Part shown: positions 10,407 to 21,130 of the stretch, one piece after another
Layout of the letters: every line of letters begins with the position of its first letter
Numbering within the stretch: position 1 is the first letter of the stretch
Origin: Squalus acanthias
Taxonomy: Eukaryota
Assembly (NCBI GenBank): GCA_030390025.1
Contig: CM059432.1
Location: 118,980,001 to 119,044,000 of the forward strand
DNA length: 64,000 nt
Direction of reading: 5' to 3'
Program-made: the position numbers and the translations under genes
The notes under the pieces: generated by a model
Database searches by the model: none
The model's input: the letters and a program-made list of their open reading frames with translations, nothing else
Told to the model about the DNA's origin: nothing

Positions 10407-13400
10407 CTAAATTCTGCGAAGGCTGCCACGAGCTTTTCCCAGTGGTGGGAGGGCACTGACCCCTTCCTTTGATCTGCCGCAGCCTGTCGCCGCTGCGCTG
10501 GGACTGGGATCTCCCTGGGCTGCCTTGACCTTGAACTTACGCTTGGGGGCGTACGGGGGATTCGGCCACGACTTCCTGGGCTGGGGTGTCCGACTTGACC
10601 TACGGAGGGCTACTTTGGGCAAGATTTCCAGGGCCGACGGACCAGGAACCAAGACTTCCACCGTTGCGGCCTGTGGTCCCACCACAGCCGCTGGCTCCGT
10701 CTCCCCTGGCTCCGCCCCCCTGGGCTCGGGATCTGCAGTTTCCGACTCCACCTTGTGTGGAACTCCACTCGCAGTCCCTATCTCCCCTATGCTTGGGTCG
10801 AGGGCGAAACCTTCGTCCTCCGACCCCACCATCCTCTCCGACCGGGTCACTACCTTGATCGAGCTCCTCGAGCTCTTCCTCATCTGAATCCCAACACCAA
10901 GAAAAGATCCTACACTTTTCCAGAATGTCCTCTCCCCTCAAGCAGGCTGCTTTACCGGTCTGTGTGCCCTGCGGTCCTACCCGGGGCTGCGAGTCCCCAC
11001 TCGCAGTTTTGGCCCCTGTGGTTGGCCCCTGTGCACCCGGCTTATACAGCTTGCACTGGTTAATGTGGAACCATTTCGTGCGCCGAGGTACCTTTACGGC
11101 GTACACCATGGGACTCGCTTTATCTATAATACTGTAGGGCCCCATATACAGTGGTTCCAAACTCCCTACTCTGGCATAGTTCATAACCATGACCTGATCT
11201 CCGAATTTCCCACTCCTGCTTCTTGCGGGGTTCCAGCAACAGGCGATTGCCCTGATGCTGTCTTCCCATGTTCCCAGCCGTCTGCTCGTAAACCTGCTTC
11301 AGGCGCTCCAAGAGGGTCTGGACAAACTTGTCCCGTTTCACCTCTTCGAGCTGACCCTCAGTGAGCACCGGGGCTAGTACATGGGTGGGGGTTCGCATGA
11401 TCCTCCCAGTCATCACCTCGTACGGGGAATACCCCGTACTCTTCGACTGGCTGGCCCGGATTCCCATGAGGACTAGAGGCAGAACCTCCGCCCATTTTTG
11501 GGGCGAGTTCATAGTCTCTTTCCTCAGCTTCTCCTTTAGGGTCCGGTTCATGCGTTCAACAATCCCTGATGACTGAGGATTTTGCGCTACGTGCCACTTC
11601 CCTTCAATGCCCAAAAGCATGAGGGTGTTCTGCATCACCTGGCCGGTGAAATGACTCCCTTGGTCTGACTCCACGAAACGGGGGAGTCCCCACCGTGAGA
11701 ACACTTCCCGGACCAAGATTTTTGCGGTCCCCAGCGCCGTAGCTGTTCTACAGGGGAAGGCTTCTACCCATTTGGAAAACACATCCACCAAGACGAGGCA
11801 GTATTTGTAGCCTCCCTGGGTGGTGGGCAAGGGCCCTATGTAATCGATCTGTATCGACTGCCATGGTCCCTCCACCCTCCTGATGTGCCCCATGTGCACT
11901 TTCCTTTTCTGGGGGTCTGGGTTGTTTGCAGCGCACACCAGACAGTTTGCGCAGAACTCGCGGACCTGCTCCCTGAGTCCCGGCCACCATCCCGCCTGCT
12001 CTACCCGTTGCCAGGTAACCTCGGGCCCGGGGTGTCCTGCCCCCGGCCCCTCATGAGCTAACTGGAGGAATTCCCTCCTGTGCTGCTGCGGCACAACCCA
12101 CTGTTCTTCGCGGAACAGCATGCCTTCTTTAACGGAGAGGGTTGCCGTACTGTACGGGCCCTCTACCTGCTTGCCCTCAGTAATCGTTCTGAGAACTGCT
12201 TTTAGGGCGGGATCCTGAGCCTGGACGGTCTTAAGGTCTAGGGGCAGTGCTACCCTGGTGTTCCCGGGATTCCCTTCCCTGCCTTGGATTGCTGCCACGG
12301 GTCCGGGTCCATAGGGGTCCCAGAAAATGCCGTTGCGGGCACGCTCCCTGGCTAGCGCATCTGCCTGCTGGTTGCCCTCCCCGCGGGGCTCTGTGGAGGA
12401 GTGAGCTTTCACCTTATGGATGAAAATCTCCCCTTCCTCCCCTACTGCTGCTAGGATCTTTTCCAGCAAGGGCTTCACCGTTAAAGGTCGCCCGTCCGCG
12501 GAGGTGTATCCACGGCGGGACCAAATGGCCAGGTATTCCGTACACGAATTGCACATAAACATACTGTCCGAACAAATCGTGTATGGGGTTGGGAAAATTT
12601 CTGGGTGGGTAACGACGTACGCCACCGCAGACAGCTCAGCCTGCTGCGCGCTCATGGTGCTGGGGAGTTTAATTGCCAGGGCAAGGTCTGCCGCAGGGTC
12701 ATAAACTCCACACCTTGTGAGTTTTTCGCCAGAGGACACTGTGCTGGAACCATCAACATAAATCTCGCGACCTGTGGGATGTATCCCGGCCCGTAAACCT
12801 ATGTTGACCTCCCACACCCCTTCCACCGAACACCGGTGGGCTGTTCCGGGGTATACCAAGTTGGCCGCAAGCCTGGGCTCGCAAAGACCTTTAACTCTAA
12901 GATCCATCTGGGAAAGGAGAAGGGTCCAGCGCGCATTACGAGCGCTGCTTACGGTCCCATCCTTAATCCTCCCATCTAGAAGCATCTTAGTTGGTGTGTG
13001 ATGGGTGAGGAGCGTGATGGGAGAGAGCCCTGTGAAGATCGCTGATCTTTTCACAGCCCAATGCGTGGCTAACAGATGCCTTTCGCAATTGGAGAAACTC
13101 CTCTCCACATCCGTTAACACCCTGGATGAATAGACAACCGGCCTCAGCTTGCCGTGACGCTCTTGGAGCAGCACTGCGCTCAAGCTGTCTCCGCTGGCAG
13201 CTACCTCCAGGAAAAACTCCTTCCCCCCATCTATGGCCCCTAAAGCTGGCGCGGTCTGCAAATCCCTTTTTAACTTCTCGAATGCTGCCTGACAACCCTC
13301 GTCCCAAGACCACTCCACTCCCTTATGGAGGAGTCGGAGCAGCGGAGCTGCTGTGGCCGCATAGTCCTCGATGAAGTCTCTATAGTAACCGGTCAGTCCC

Positions 13401-14713
13401 AGAAAGGACCTCACACCCGTTATGGTGTTGGGAATCGGTAACTCCTGCACCGACTCCCTCCTAGCCTTATCTATGGCTCTTTCCCCAGCGCGAATGGTCA
13501 GACCCAGGAATTTTACTTCCTGCTGACCGATACGTGCTTTCTTAGGGTTAACTTTAAAACCCTTTCTCGCTAGCAGCTCCAATATCTCGGCTAGCAGTGG
13601 TCCATGCTCCTCCCTTGAGTCCGTGAACAGGAGCAAATCATCTACGTATAGCACTATCTGATTGGGCTGACTAAACTCCTTTAAACTTCCTGCCATACAC
13701 TGATGGAAAATGCTGGGGCTGTTGTGGAAACCCTGTGGCAAACAGTTCCATGTGTACTGTTGTCCTTTAAAAGTAAAGGCAAACTTGTACTGGTCCTCTC
13801 GCCGCAGCGGGATGGACCAAAAACCGTTCGAGATATCCAGCACCGTGAACGTGGTCGCGGACGCTGGGATACTCCCTATTAGGTCAGCAACTGCTGCTAC
13901 TGTGGGCGCGCAGGCGGGGATGTTACTGTTGAGGACTCTGTAGTCCACCGTGGCCCTCCACGAATTATCCGGCTTCCTCACCGGCCATAATGGGGAGTTC
14001 ACGTGTGTGGCTATCGGCCTCAACACGCCCTGCTGCACCAAGGAGGACATTGCTGTCTCCATATCGGGTTCTGCTTCTTTGTGGAAGTTATACTGTTTTT
14101 GGGGCCGGGTCATGGGGTCCCCGTCTACGCTGACCTCAAACCCGGTAACCCTCCCACAATCGTGCTTGTGGGTTGCAAACGCGTGCATATTATCTGACAC
14201 GTACGCTTGCATGTCCGTTGGGACATCCGCGACCATAAGCCCGAGGTCGTAACCTCCGGATGGCTTCATGGTACACAGGGCCCCTTTACCTTCCTTCCCC
14301 GGGATTACAACTACCTTGCCTTTCCCACCCTTGGCTCCCCAGATACAGTGATTCCTAAGGTCCACGAGGATCCCGTGTTCCGATAGGAGATCCGATCCGA
14401 GGATACCTCTGCCACCCCCCTCTTGCCATTTCATCAGTATACACTTCCATGTGGTGTGGAGTGCTCCTAAATGAATGGAGAGCGGAATGGAGAACGCGCC
14501 AGCCTGCTCTTTTCCCGTGAACCCCGTAAATGTGAATGGGACCTTGGTGGACAGTGGTGAGTCAAAGGGGCTATCCGTATGAATCACGGTGCATGAAGCT
14601 CCCGTGTCCAACAAATAACTACCCTTCTGCTTCTCTACCTCCATCTCAACCAGGGGTCTGTTCCACGCATCATAGCTGAGCGGACACAGGTAAACGGGCT
14701 GCGCGGTCTCTAG
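10407..14713 (-). pseudogene. pol: pol polyprotein PR-RT-tether(RNase H-like)-RNase H-IN with a long C-terminal tail; frameshifted near 11204 and probably near 10830
   Basis: LLDTGAS (protease); LPQGFHNSP and YVDD (RT); degenerate RNase H (FLEVAAS..E..LLA..THH); second RNase H (IYVDGSS..AQQAEL..SDS..KVKAH..GNQQAD); HHCC and IDY/SDQG/VERMN (IN). The GPY/F module EPLYMGPY lies in the next frame (ORF 10600-11190) and an LRRSSR tail in ORF 10407-10883. Confidence 0.93.
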
Positions 14714-16537
14714 TCATTGGGTACTGGTGGACAGGGTTGTGGCATCTATGAGGCCGGTAGCGACTGCCACCCTTCCTTGCAAAATCATAAGGGACCGCAT
14801 AGCTCCCAACATTGATTCTATCGCATCGGGATGGATAGGCACACCAGCTCCTCTCTCAGAGACAGGCGCTTGGGTTCGGGCTGCGGGATTTTTATCCCTG
14901 GGGTCCTACCAGGGGTTCCTGCAGTTTTTACGCCAGTGACCTGTCTTCCCGCACCCGTAACAAGCACCACTGGCTTGTGGGGCGCGGTTTCCCTACTGAT
15001 GCCACTCCTTTTGAGCCGGGGCTGCGGGCCGTGCCTCATGCACCTTTCCCTTAAGGGGACGCGCTCCCGTGCTCCTAGTGTTACGATACCCTATGGTGAG
15101 TCGATTTAGGACCGACTCCTTTGTTGTGGCGGGGTTAGTGGGATCAAACCACGCTTTGGCCTGCTCCCTGACGGCTGGCAAACTGTTGGCTACTAAACAC
15201 CAGAGCCAATGAGTTAAACCGGCACCGTTCAGGTAATCGCGCCCTGGCGCACCTGGGCAGCTACGCTGGTATACTGGCCACAGCCTGTCGGCGAAAACCT
15301 TCGGGGGTTCTCCCTCCATCTGTATGGTTTGACCCAATCTGACGAATGGACCTTCGTCATCCGCCCCTAACACTTCTAGGACCTCGTCCCGTAACTCCCC
15401 ATAGGTTTTATTCCCCTTCTTGCTCTCATCTGAGAGACACTGAAGGATCGAGCTATCTGACGAGAACAGCAACATTTTGGTCTTTTCCGCATCATCGCAG
15501 CCATTAATTGCTGCGGTCTGTTCTACCTCCCTAAAGTGTACGGAAGGGTCGTCTGACTCGGACAGCTTCCGTACATGGCTAATCATTGCTCTCAGCTGGT
15601 GCGAGCTGTGGGGCAATACAAGCTGGTTCAGGACATCCCCGTCATCCCCATTGGCTGCGTTCGGGCCTCTCTTGTGACCTCGGAGCGGATACATTGGTCC
15701 CGGGCTCGACTCTACCTCCGGGGATTGTCCTACCTCGGGGACCTCCTTCTCTATTTCCACCACTTCCTGCCTTACCCAGATTGCCGAATAGCTGGGTGGC
15801 GTGGAGGGCGCAGTGGCAAATACCTCCTCTGCTTTGTCTGGTAGGGATTTGGGGAATTCCCTACCCACCTGTGGCTGGTTTGCTGACGGGCTGATGAGGC
15901 ACACCAAGCCGTTTGCCTTATTCAGGGCCTCTCTTAGGTTCCCTAACTCCTTCTGACAAACACTGTGGTCGGCTCCCTCATGCCTATCCTCGAGGGCCAT
16001 CTTATATGCCGCCCTAACTCCCTTCAAGCTTTCTTCCTGGGCTTTTATCTGGTTAGCTAGGCGGGCACACCGTTCTCTAATCCTACCCTCGTTTAATTTC
16101 GCTTCCGTGACCTGACACTCTAGGTAATCAATTTTAGCCTCATGGTGGTTGGCTACTATCTGGCGTTCCTGATGTAACGCATTCAAGGATGCAATGAGTT
16201 TCTGTCCTCCCGTGATCTTTTCCTCCATCTCAACCTCCAAATCCCTGATCTGAGCTGCCTGTGCTACAATGACCTGGTCCGAAAGTTGGACTTGCTTCTT
16301 GTAGCACATCAGCCAGACCGCTTTCTCTACCGACTTCTTATGCTCTTTACTGCCTGTCCATTTGATGGCTGCGTCTAGCGGACGCTTATCCATCAGTAGG
16401 TCACTCATCCACCTTTTGGTTAAGTTAACCTTCCCAAACACATAGTCGGCTACCCTCTCATCCATCACATTTCGCCTATTCACACCAGGGTCTAAAACAT
16501 TACTCTCTCGCTGCCAATATCCTGCCGCGGTCGCCAT
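14714..16537 (-). pseudogene. gag: gag (coiled coil, capsid-like region, CCHC zinc knuckle) with two premature TAG stops
   Basis: ATG at 16537 (MATAAGYW). Reading the same frame past TAG 14993-14995 gives CYGCGKTGHWRKNC, then TAG 14906-14908, then the terminal TGA 14714-14716, which is in frame with pol. Confidence 0.88.
16519..16536 (-). promoter_or_regulatory. Primer binding site, tRNA-Ser-like
   Basis: TGGCGACCGCGGCAGGAT, 5 nt downstream of the 5' LTR. It resembles the complement of vertebrate tRNA-Ser 3' ends (TGGCG......GCAGGAT); the exact isoacceptor was not verified. Confidence 0.65.
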
Positions 16538-16541
16538 TTTC

Positions 16542-18243
16542 TGTAAGGGGTTTCGGCGTGCTTGTATCGCAGACGGTGCTGGTGCGGGGTTAGGCCTTTG
16601 TTGCCTTATACTAATGCTTGCTCTGGTCTCCGGCCAGCCTTGTTGCAATGAGCACCTGTGAGTGGGTCGACCCACTCGCCTTTACGGTTCTAACACTGGA
16701 CTTAGGTGCGAGAGCAATAATGCAGAGAAAAACTCAAATAGACCTGGTTGAATAGTACGAAGTGGAAATCTTTATTGCATAGCGTCCAAAATCATGAAGT
16801 ACATGTCATAGGTGCAAATTAACGAGAGTACAAGTATACATACGTTCATAAAGCTTGGTCTATGGTAATGAAGAACGCACGGCACATCGTAAAAAGGAGA
16901 ACACATTATACTTTATCCTTAATAAAACCACCCTCCCCTATCAATACCTACACTACATCTAGATTTGTAGTATCGTGAAACATGCTCACCACTCGTGATA
17001 CTTCGGAGAATTTTAAAGTGAGGCACTCGGCTCGTTTCGCTGCAGCGCCTGACTGTCACGTGTTTGGAGGGGTCTCTGTACCCCACTTGTTTATCTTCGC
17101 TGCTGCGGAAAGCAGGCTGGGCTCCCCGTTGTCATGAAGAACTCGACGGCACTCGGGCCCGGCTGTAGAACTCAAAGAAAAGTCTTCCTGTACCGACACC
17201 AGTTGCCGGTAGAATTCAAAGAAGAGTCTTTGACCGGTTCGTGCAGTAACCTGTAGAGTTCAAGAAATGGGTCGTATATTTTCAGGCGCGGTCGGGGTTT
17301 ACTGACCGCGGCGGCACGTGGATTCTTCTTCTTCTCTTGTCATTTCGTCTCGTCTTGTTGGGCCTTCGGGTCCAAACACCGTTTACCGACTCTCGGGATG
17401 GTGCACCCGGTCACTGGCCTTCGTCGGGGCGACTCATTCCAATTGAGCTCCACCCAACATTCGAATAACCGTCCAGTGCGGCTAAAAGTCCAGAGGCAAC
17501 AGAGTCCAGAGAAAACACAGAAGGCTGCTCGTCCAGCAAAGTTCAGCCCGAGTCAAGAGTCCGCAGAGATAAGCGCACGAATCAAGCGAATAAGAGAGCG
17601 ATGGACATTTGTTGTCTGTAGTTATAGTGCTGTGTTCCCTTATCTCCCGCCCAAATCTTAATGTTTGTCCTTTGTGAAATATTGGCACTCAAAACTCCCA
17701 GCATGGGGTGATTCTTGTCTTTAACGGGTTTCGGTAGCACCTGAGACTGGCCAACTACCCGTTAATGTTTTCCCCATTGTTGGCCCAGCCAGGATCGTAT
17801 GAATCGTCTCCCTGACCGGTTTTGGGGGCCCCCGAATACTTGTTTAATCACCCGAGAATGGCTCTCTCATTGTAGAGCCGTGGGGGTATTTGTGTATTGA
17901 TGTGTCTGGATGGGCCTTCGATTGCCCAGTACAATGAACCTTACTTGTGCATGGAAAACGATTCCAGCACTTATATCTTTGCTATTGTTCCAAATGCAAA
18001 CAGGTTGCATCCTGTCTTTATCAGTGCTTATCGAGTATGATCCCGTCTTATGTTGAAAATGTTTATTCGAACGCCATCTTGTCTGCCCACTGTACTTCTG
18101 GAAGCTTCTGCCACGATGCGCGGTGGCCATTTTACAGGCTTCTGTGTCCTTTATATCATGACAGCATTTTGTTTAAATAAACTGATCAAACGAATCTGCT
18201 TCTATCTTGTTATTTCGAATCGCGATAATTGCAAAACTTTACA
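16542..18243 (-). repeat. 5' LTR (1702 bp)
   Basis: Direct repeat of 5681-7382, adjacent to the PBS and gag. Confidence 0.97.
17621..17685 (-). promoter_or_regulatory. Putative LTR core promoter (CCAAT, GC box, TATA-like)
   Basis: Minus strand has CCAAT (17681-17685), GGGCGG (17647-17652) and TATAAC (17621-17626) in canonical order and spacing. Mirrored in the 3' LTR at 6760-6824. Confidence 0.45.
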
Positions 18244-18674
18244 CACACCATTTTTCACCCTCTGCTTACCTGATCAGTGCTCAAAAATTGATCAGGCAGC
18301 AACAAAAGCTCCATGCCCTGCATCAAATAACTTCCATTAAACTTGTAAAACTTTACTGTCATTCGATGCAAATGTGATGTAGCAGGGTAGATTTACTGGT
18401 GGGTGCATCTGAATATGTTGAAACGGCCGTTACGCTAACCCACAGTGAAGAGTACTGTTCCTGTCCAATTTTTTGTGGTCAGCTCATTATCATAATTGTG
18501 TAAAGCTTCCAGGTGCAGCTTTGAATATGTGCAGGGTGCACAGTAGCAGCGAAAGCAGAACACTGCAGGTGAATTTCCCACCAGGGTTCTCCTGCTCATC
18601 TGCCAGAAGGTCAGCAGAAGAGGTTCTCAAAAATGGCACAAACAGCATTTGTGCCATTTTTCCAGGGTTCTTTC

Positions 18675-19145
18675 TCTTCATTCCTGGGATGTGGGCGTCG
18701 CTGGCAAGGCCAGCATTTATTGCCCATCCCTAATTGCCCTTGAGAAGGTGGTGGTGAGCTGCCTTCTTGGACCACTGCAGTCCGTGTGGTGAAGGTACTC
18801 CCACAGTACTGTTAGGGAGGGAGTTCTAGGATTTTGACCCAGCGACAATGAAGGATCGGTGATATACTTCCAAGTCAGGATGGTGTGTGACTTGGAGGGG
18901 AACTTGGAGGTTGTGGTGTTCCCATGAGCCTGCTGCCCTTGTCCTTCCAGGTGGAAGAAGCCGGGGGTTTGTGAGGTGCTGCTGAAGAAGCCTTGGCAAG
19001 TTGTTGCAGTACATCTTGTAGATGGTACACACTGCAGCCACGATGCACCGGTGGCGGAGGGAGTGAATGTTTAAGGTGGTGGATGGGGTGCCAATCAAGC
19101 GGGCTGCTTTGCCCTGGATGGTGTCGAGCTTCTCGAGTGTTTTTG
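18675..19145 (-). mobile_element. LINE 3' end (RT C-terminus plus 3' UTR), CR1/L2-group
   Basis: KLDTIQGKAARLIG....LNIHSLRHR..VAAVCTIYKM. The 3' tail CACCACCTTCTCAAGGGCAATTAGGGATGGGCAATAAATGCTGG is shared with the SINE at 45.7-46.07 kb. Confidence 0.75.
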
Positions 19146-21130
19146 GTGCCAGTATTGGAGCTGTGTTGCGGGGGGGGAAGCAGCAGAGCAATTGGCACAA
19201 AGCCTCTTCTAAACCTAAGTGGCAGCAAAAAAAAATCCAGAAATGACTGTAAAACTGCTGAATCAATTTACTTCTGTGTCCTTCAAATGCACTCACGTTC
19301 ACAGCTGATTCCCTAGCATCCCTTGATGGCCATTATTTAAGGGCTTAAACATTACTGAGCATCGTGCCAGTATGAACATTGGGAAGTTGCATGCAGGACA
19401 TTCACTGCCACAGTTAGAATGCTTTATTGCAGCTCCCAGCTGTTCCCTCTGCGTGCTGCTTGGCCACTTCTATTTTCCCCACACCCCAGACGCCTGCACA
19501 ATGCATAAAGTGGGTAGAGGCCTGGCGTTATGGATGTCTGCCCAGTTTTCTGGTTGGGATTCATAGAAATAAACTTGGTGCACCCGATCAGAAAATCTAG
19601 GTTAGCTTTCCTAAAAGATGAACGTTCATGTTGTACATTTTTTAATTAAAACTACAACAGATACTTTGTGCAGTGGATTGTGTTTGTGGGGATTAGGATT
19701 GTATGGTTAATTGTACGGGAGCTGTGAACACTCATAAAACAGTGGATGCCTGCCTGGATAAGCAGTGCCTCCTGTGTAATTTGGAACTTGCACAATTAAT
19801 GTTCAGCCATTTAGCACTCCACAGCTGGATCAATGAAGTTTCCAACATTTGTGCTGGTTAAGTGACTCGCCAGCTGTTTGAGAAGAGTTAAAGGATCATT
19901 GGTTATAGGTGCTTAGCTACTGGTTCCACAGTTCAGTTAATGGATCAGATCTTCAGCAAGCACACATTTCACACAAATTAATTACTGGTTTGAATGAAGA
20001 AAAGTAAAGCCTTAATCCCATTGTTCCTGAACAGAGGAAAATATAGTACCAGGTTACCAAAGGTTATCACTGTGAGCATTTTAAAATTAATTCATAGATA
20101 TTCCAGCTTGTACACTATACCAGTATATATTATAAATAAAATAAGTGATTGGGAATGTGACACATTAAAACCATTAGGCTTTTGAAATCTAATATAACCA
20201 TCAGATCATTGTTGTGTCTGTTTTTTTACTTCTATATATCCCACTTGTTCCCATTTGTTATTCACTAACTTATAACTAATGCCCTTAAGATAGCAGTTCT
20301 TTTTTTGACAATCATCAAGATGAGTTTAGGTACTGGCCAATTATTTCATTGTACTCAGGATGAGCCAGTGAAGAATAAAGTAAATTATAGAATCATAGAA
20401 TCTTACAGCACAGAAGGGGGCCATTCGGCCCATCGTGCCTGTGCCGGCTATTTGAAGAGCTATCCATTTAGCCCCACTCACCTGCTATTTCCCCATAGCC
20501 CTGCAAATTTCTCCTTTTCAAGTATATATCCAATTCCCTTATGCAAGTTACTACTGAATCTGCTTCCACCACCTTTTCAGACAATGCATACCAGATCATA
20601 ATAACTCGCTGCATAAAATAATTTCTCCCTATCTCCCCTCTGGCTTTTTTTGGCCAATTATCTTAAATCTATGTCCCTCCTGCCAGTGGAAACAGTTTCT
20701 CCCTATCTATTATCAAAACCCCTCACAATTTTGAACACCTCTATTAAATCTCCCCTTAGCTATCTCTGCTCAAAGGAGAACATTCCCAACTTCTCTACTC
20801 TACACATAACTGAAGTCCCATATTCCTGGTACCATCCTGGTAAATCACCTTTGCACTCTCTCCAGGGCCTTGACATCCTTCCTAAAGTGTACTACACAAA
20901 ATTGGACACAACACAATGGCCCAGATTTTGCGGTCAGCAGCGAAGGAACGGCACTCACTGTTCACCTCGCTGACAGCTGCCTATAAAATTTTTCGGGCTT
21001 TTGAGCAGAGGCTTGCTCTAATCCGGCATCTGATCCAGTACGGCGTCCTCTGCAGGGGATCTGTGAGCATGTTAAGTAATAGCGAGGCTCTTCAACCTAT
21101 CAGATTGAAGAATCCTCACTGAAACACTCA

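Larger units (their letters stand above)
5681..18243 (-). mobile_element. Full-length endogenous retrovirus-like provirus (LTR-gag-pol-env-LTR), lokiretrovirus-like
   Basis: Two 1702-bp direct repeats bounded by TGTAA...TTACA. PBS and PPT are in the expected positions, and gag, pol and env are all on the minus strand. Flanks are CACC| and |CA-CACC (imperfect TSD). Confidence 0.95.

Noticed and set aside
11120..11203. C-terminal residues of the 1174-aa pol ORF (RRSGHGYELC...)
   Set aside because: Out-of-frame translation after a 1-nt insertion. The expected IN sequence (GDQVMV..EPLYMGPY) is in the adjacent frame.
16538..16675. N-terminal 46 codons of the 560-aa gag ORF in the supplied track
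   Set aside because: Begins at a GTG inside LTR U5. The first ATG in a strong Kozak context is at 16537.
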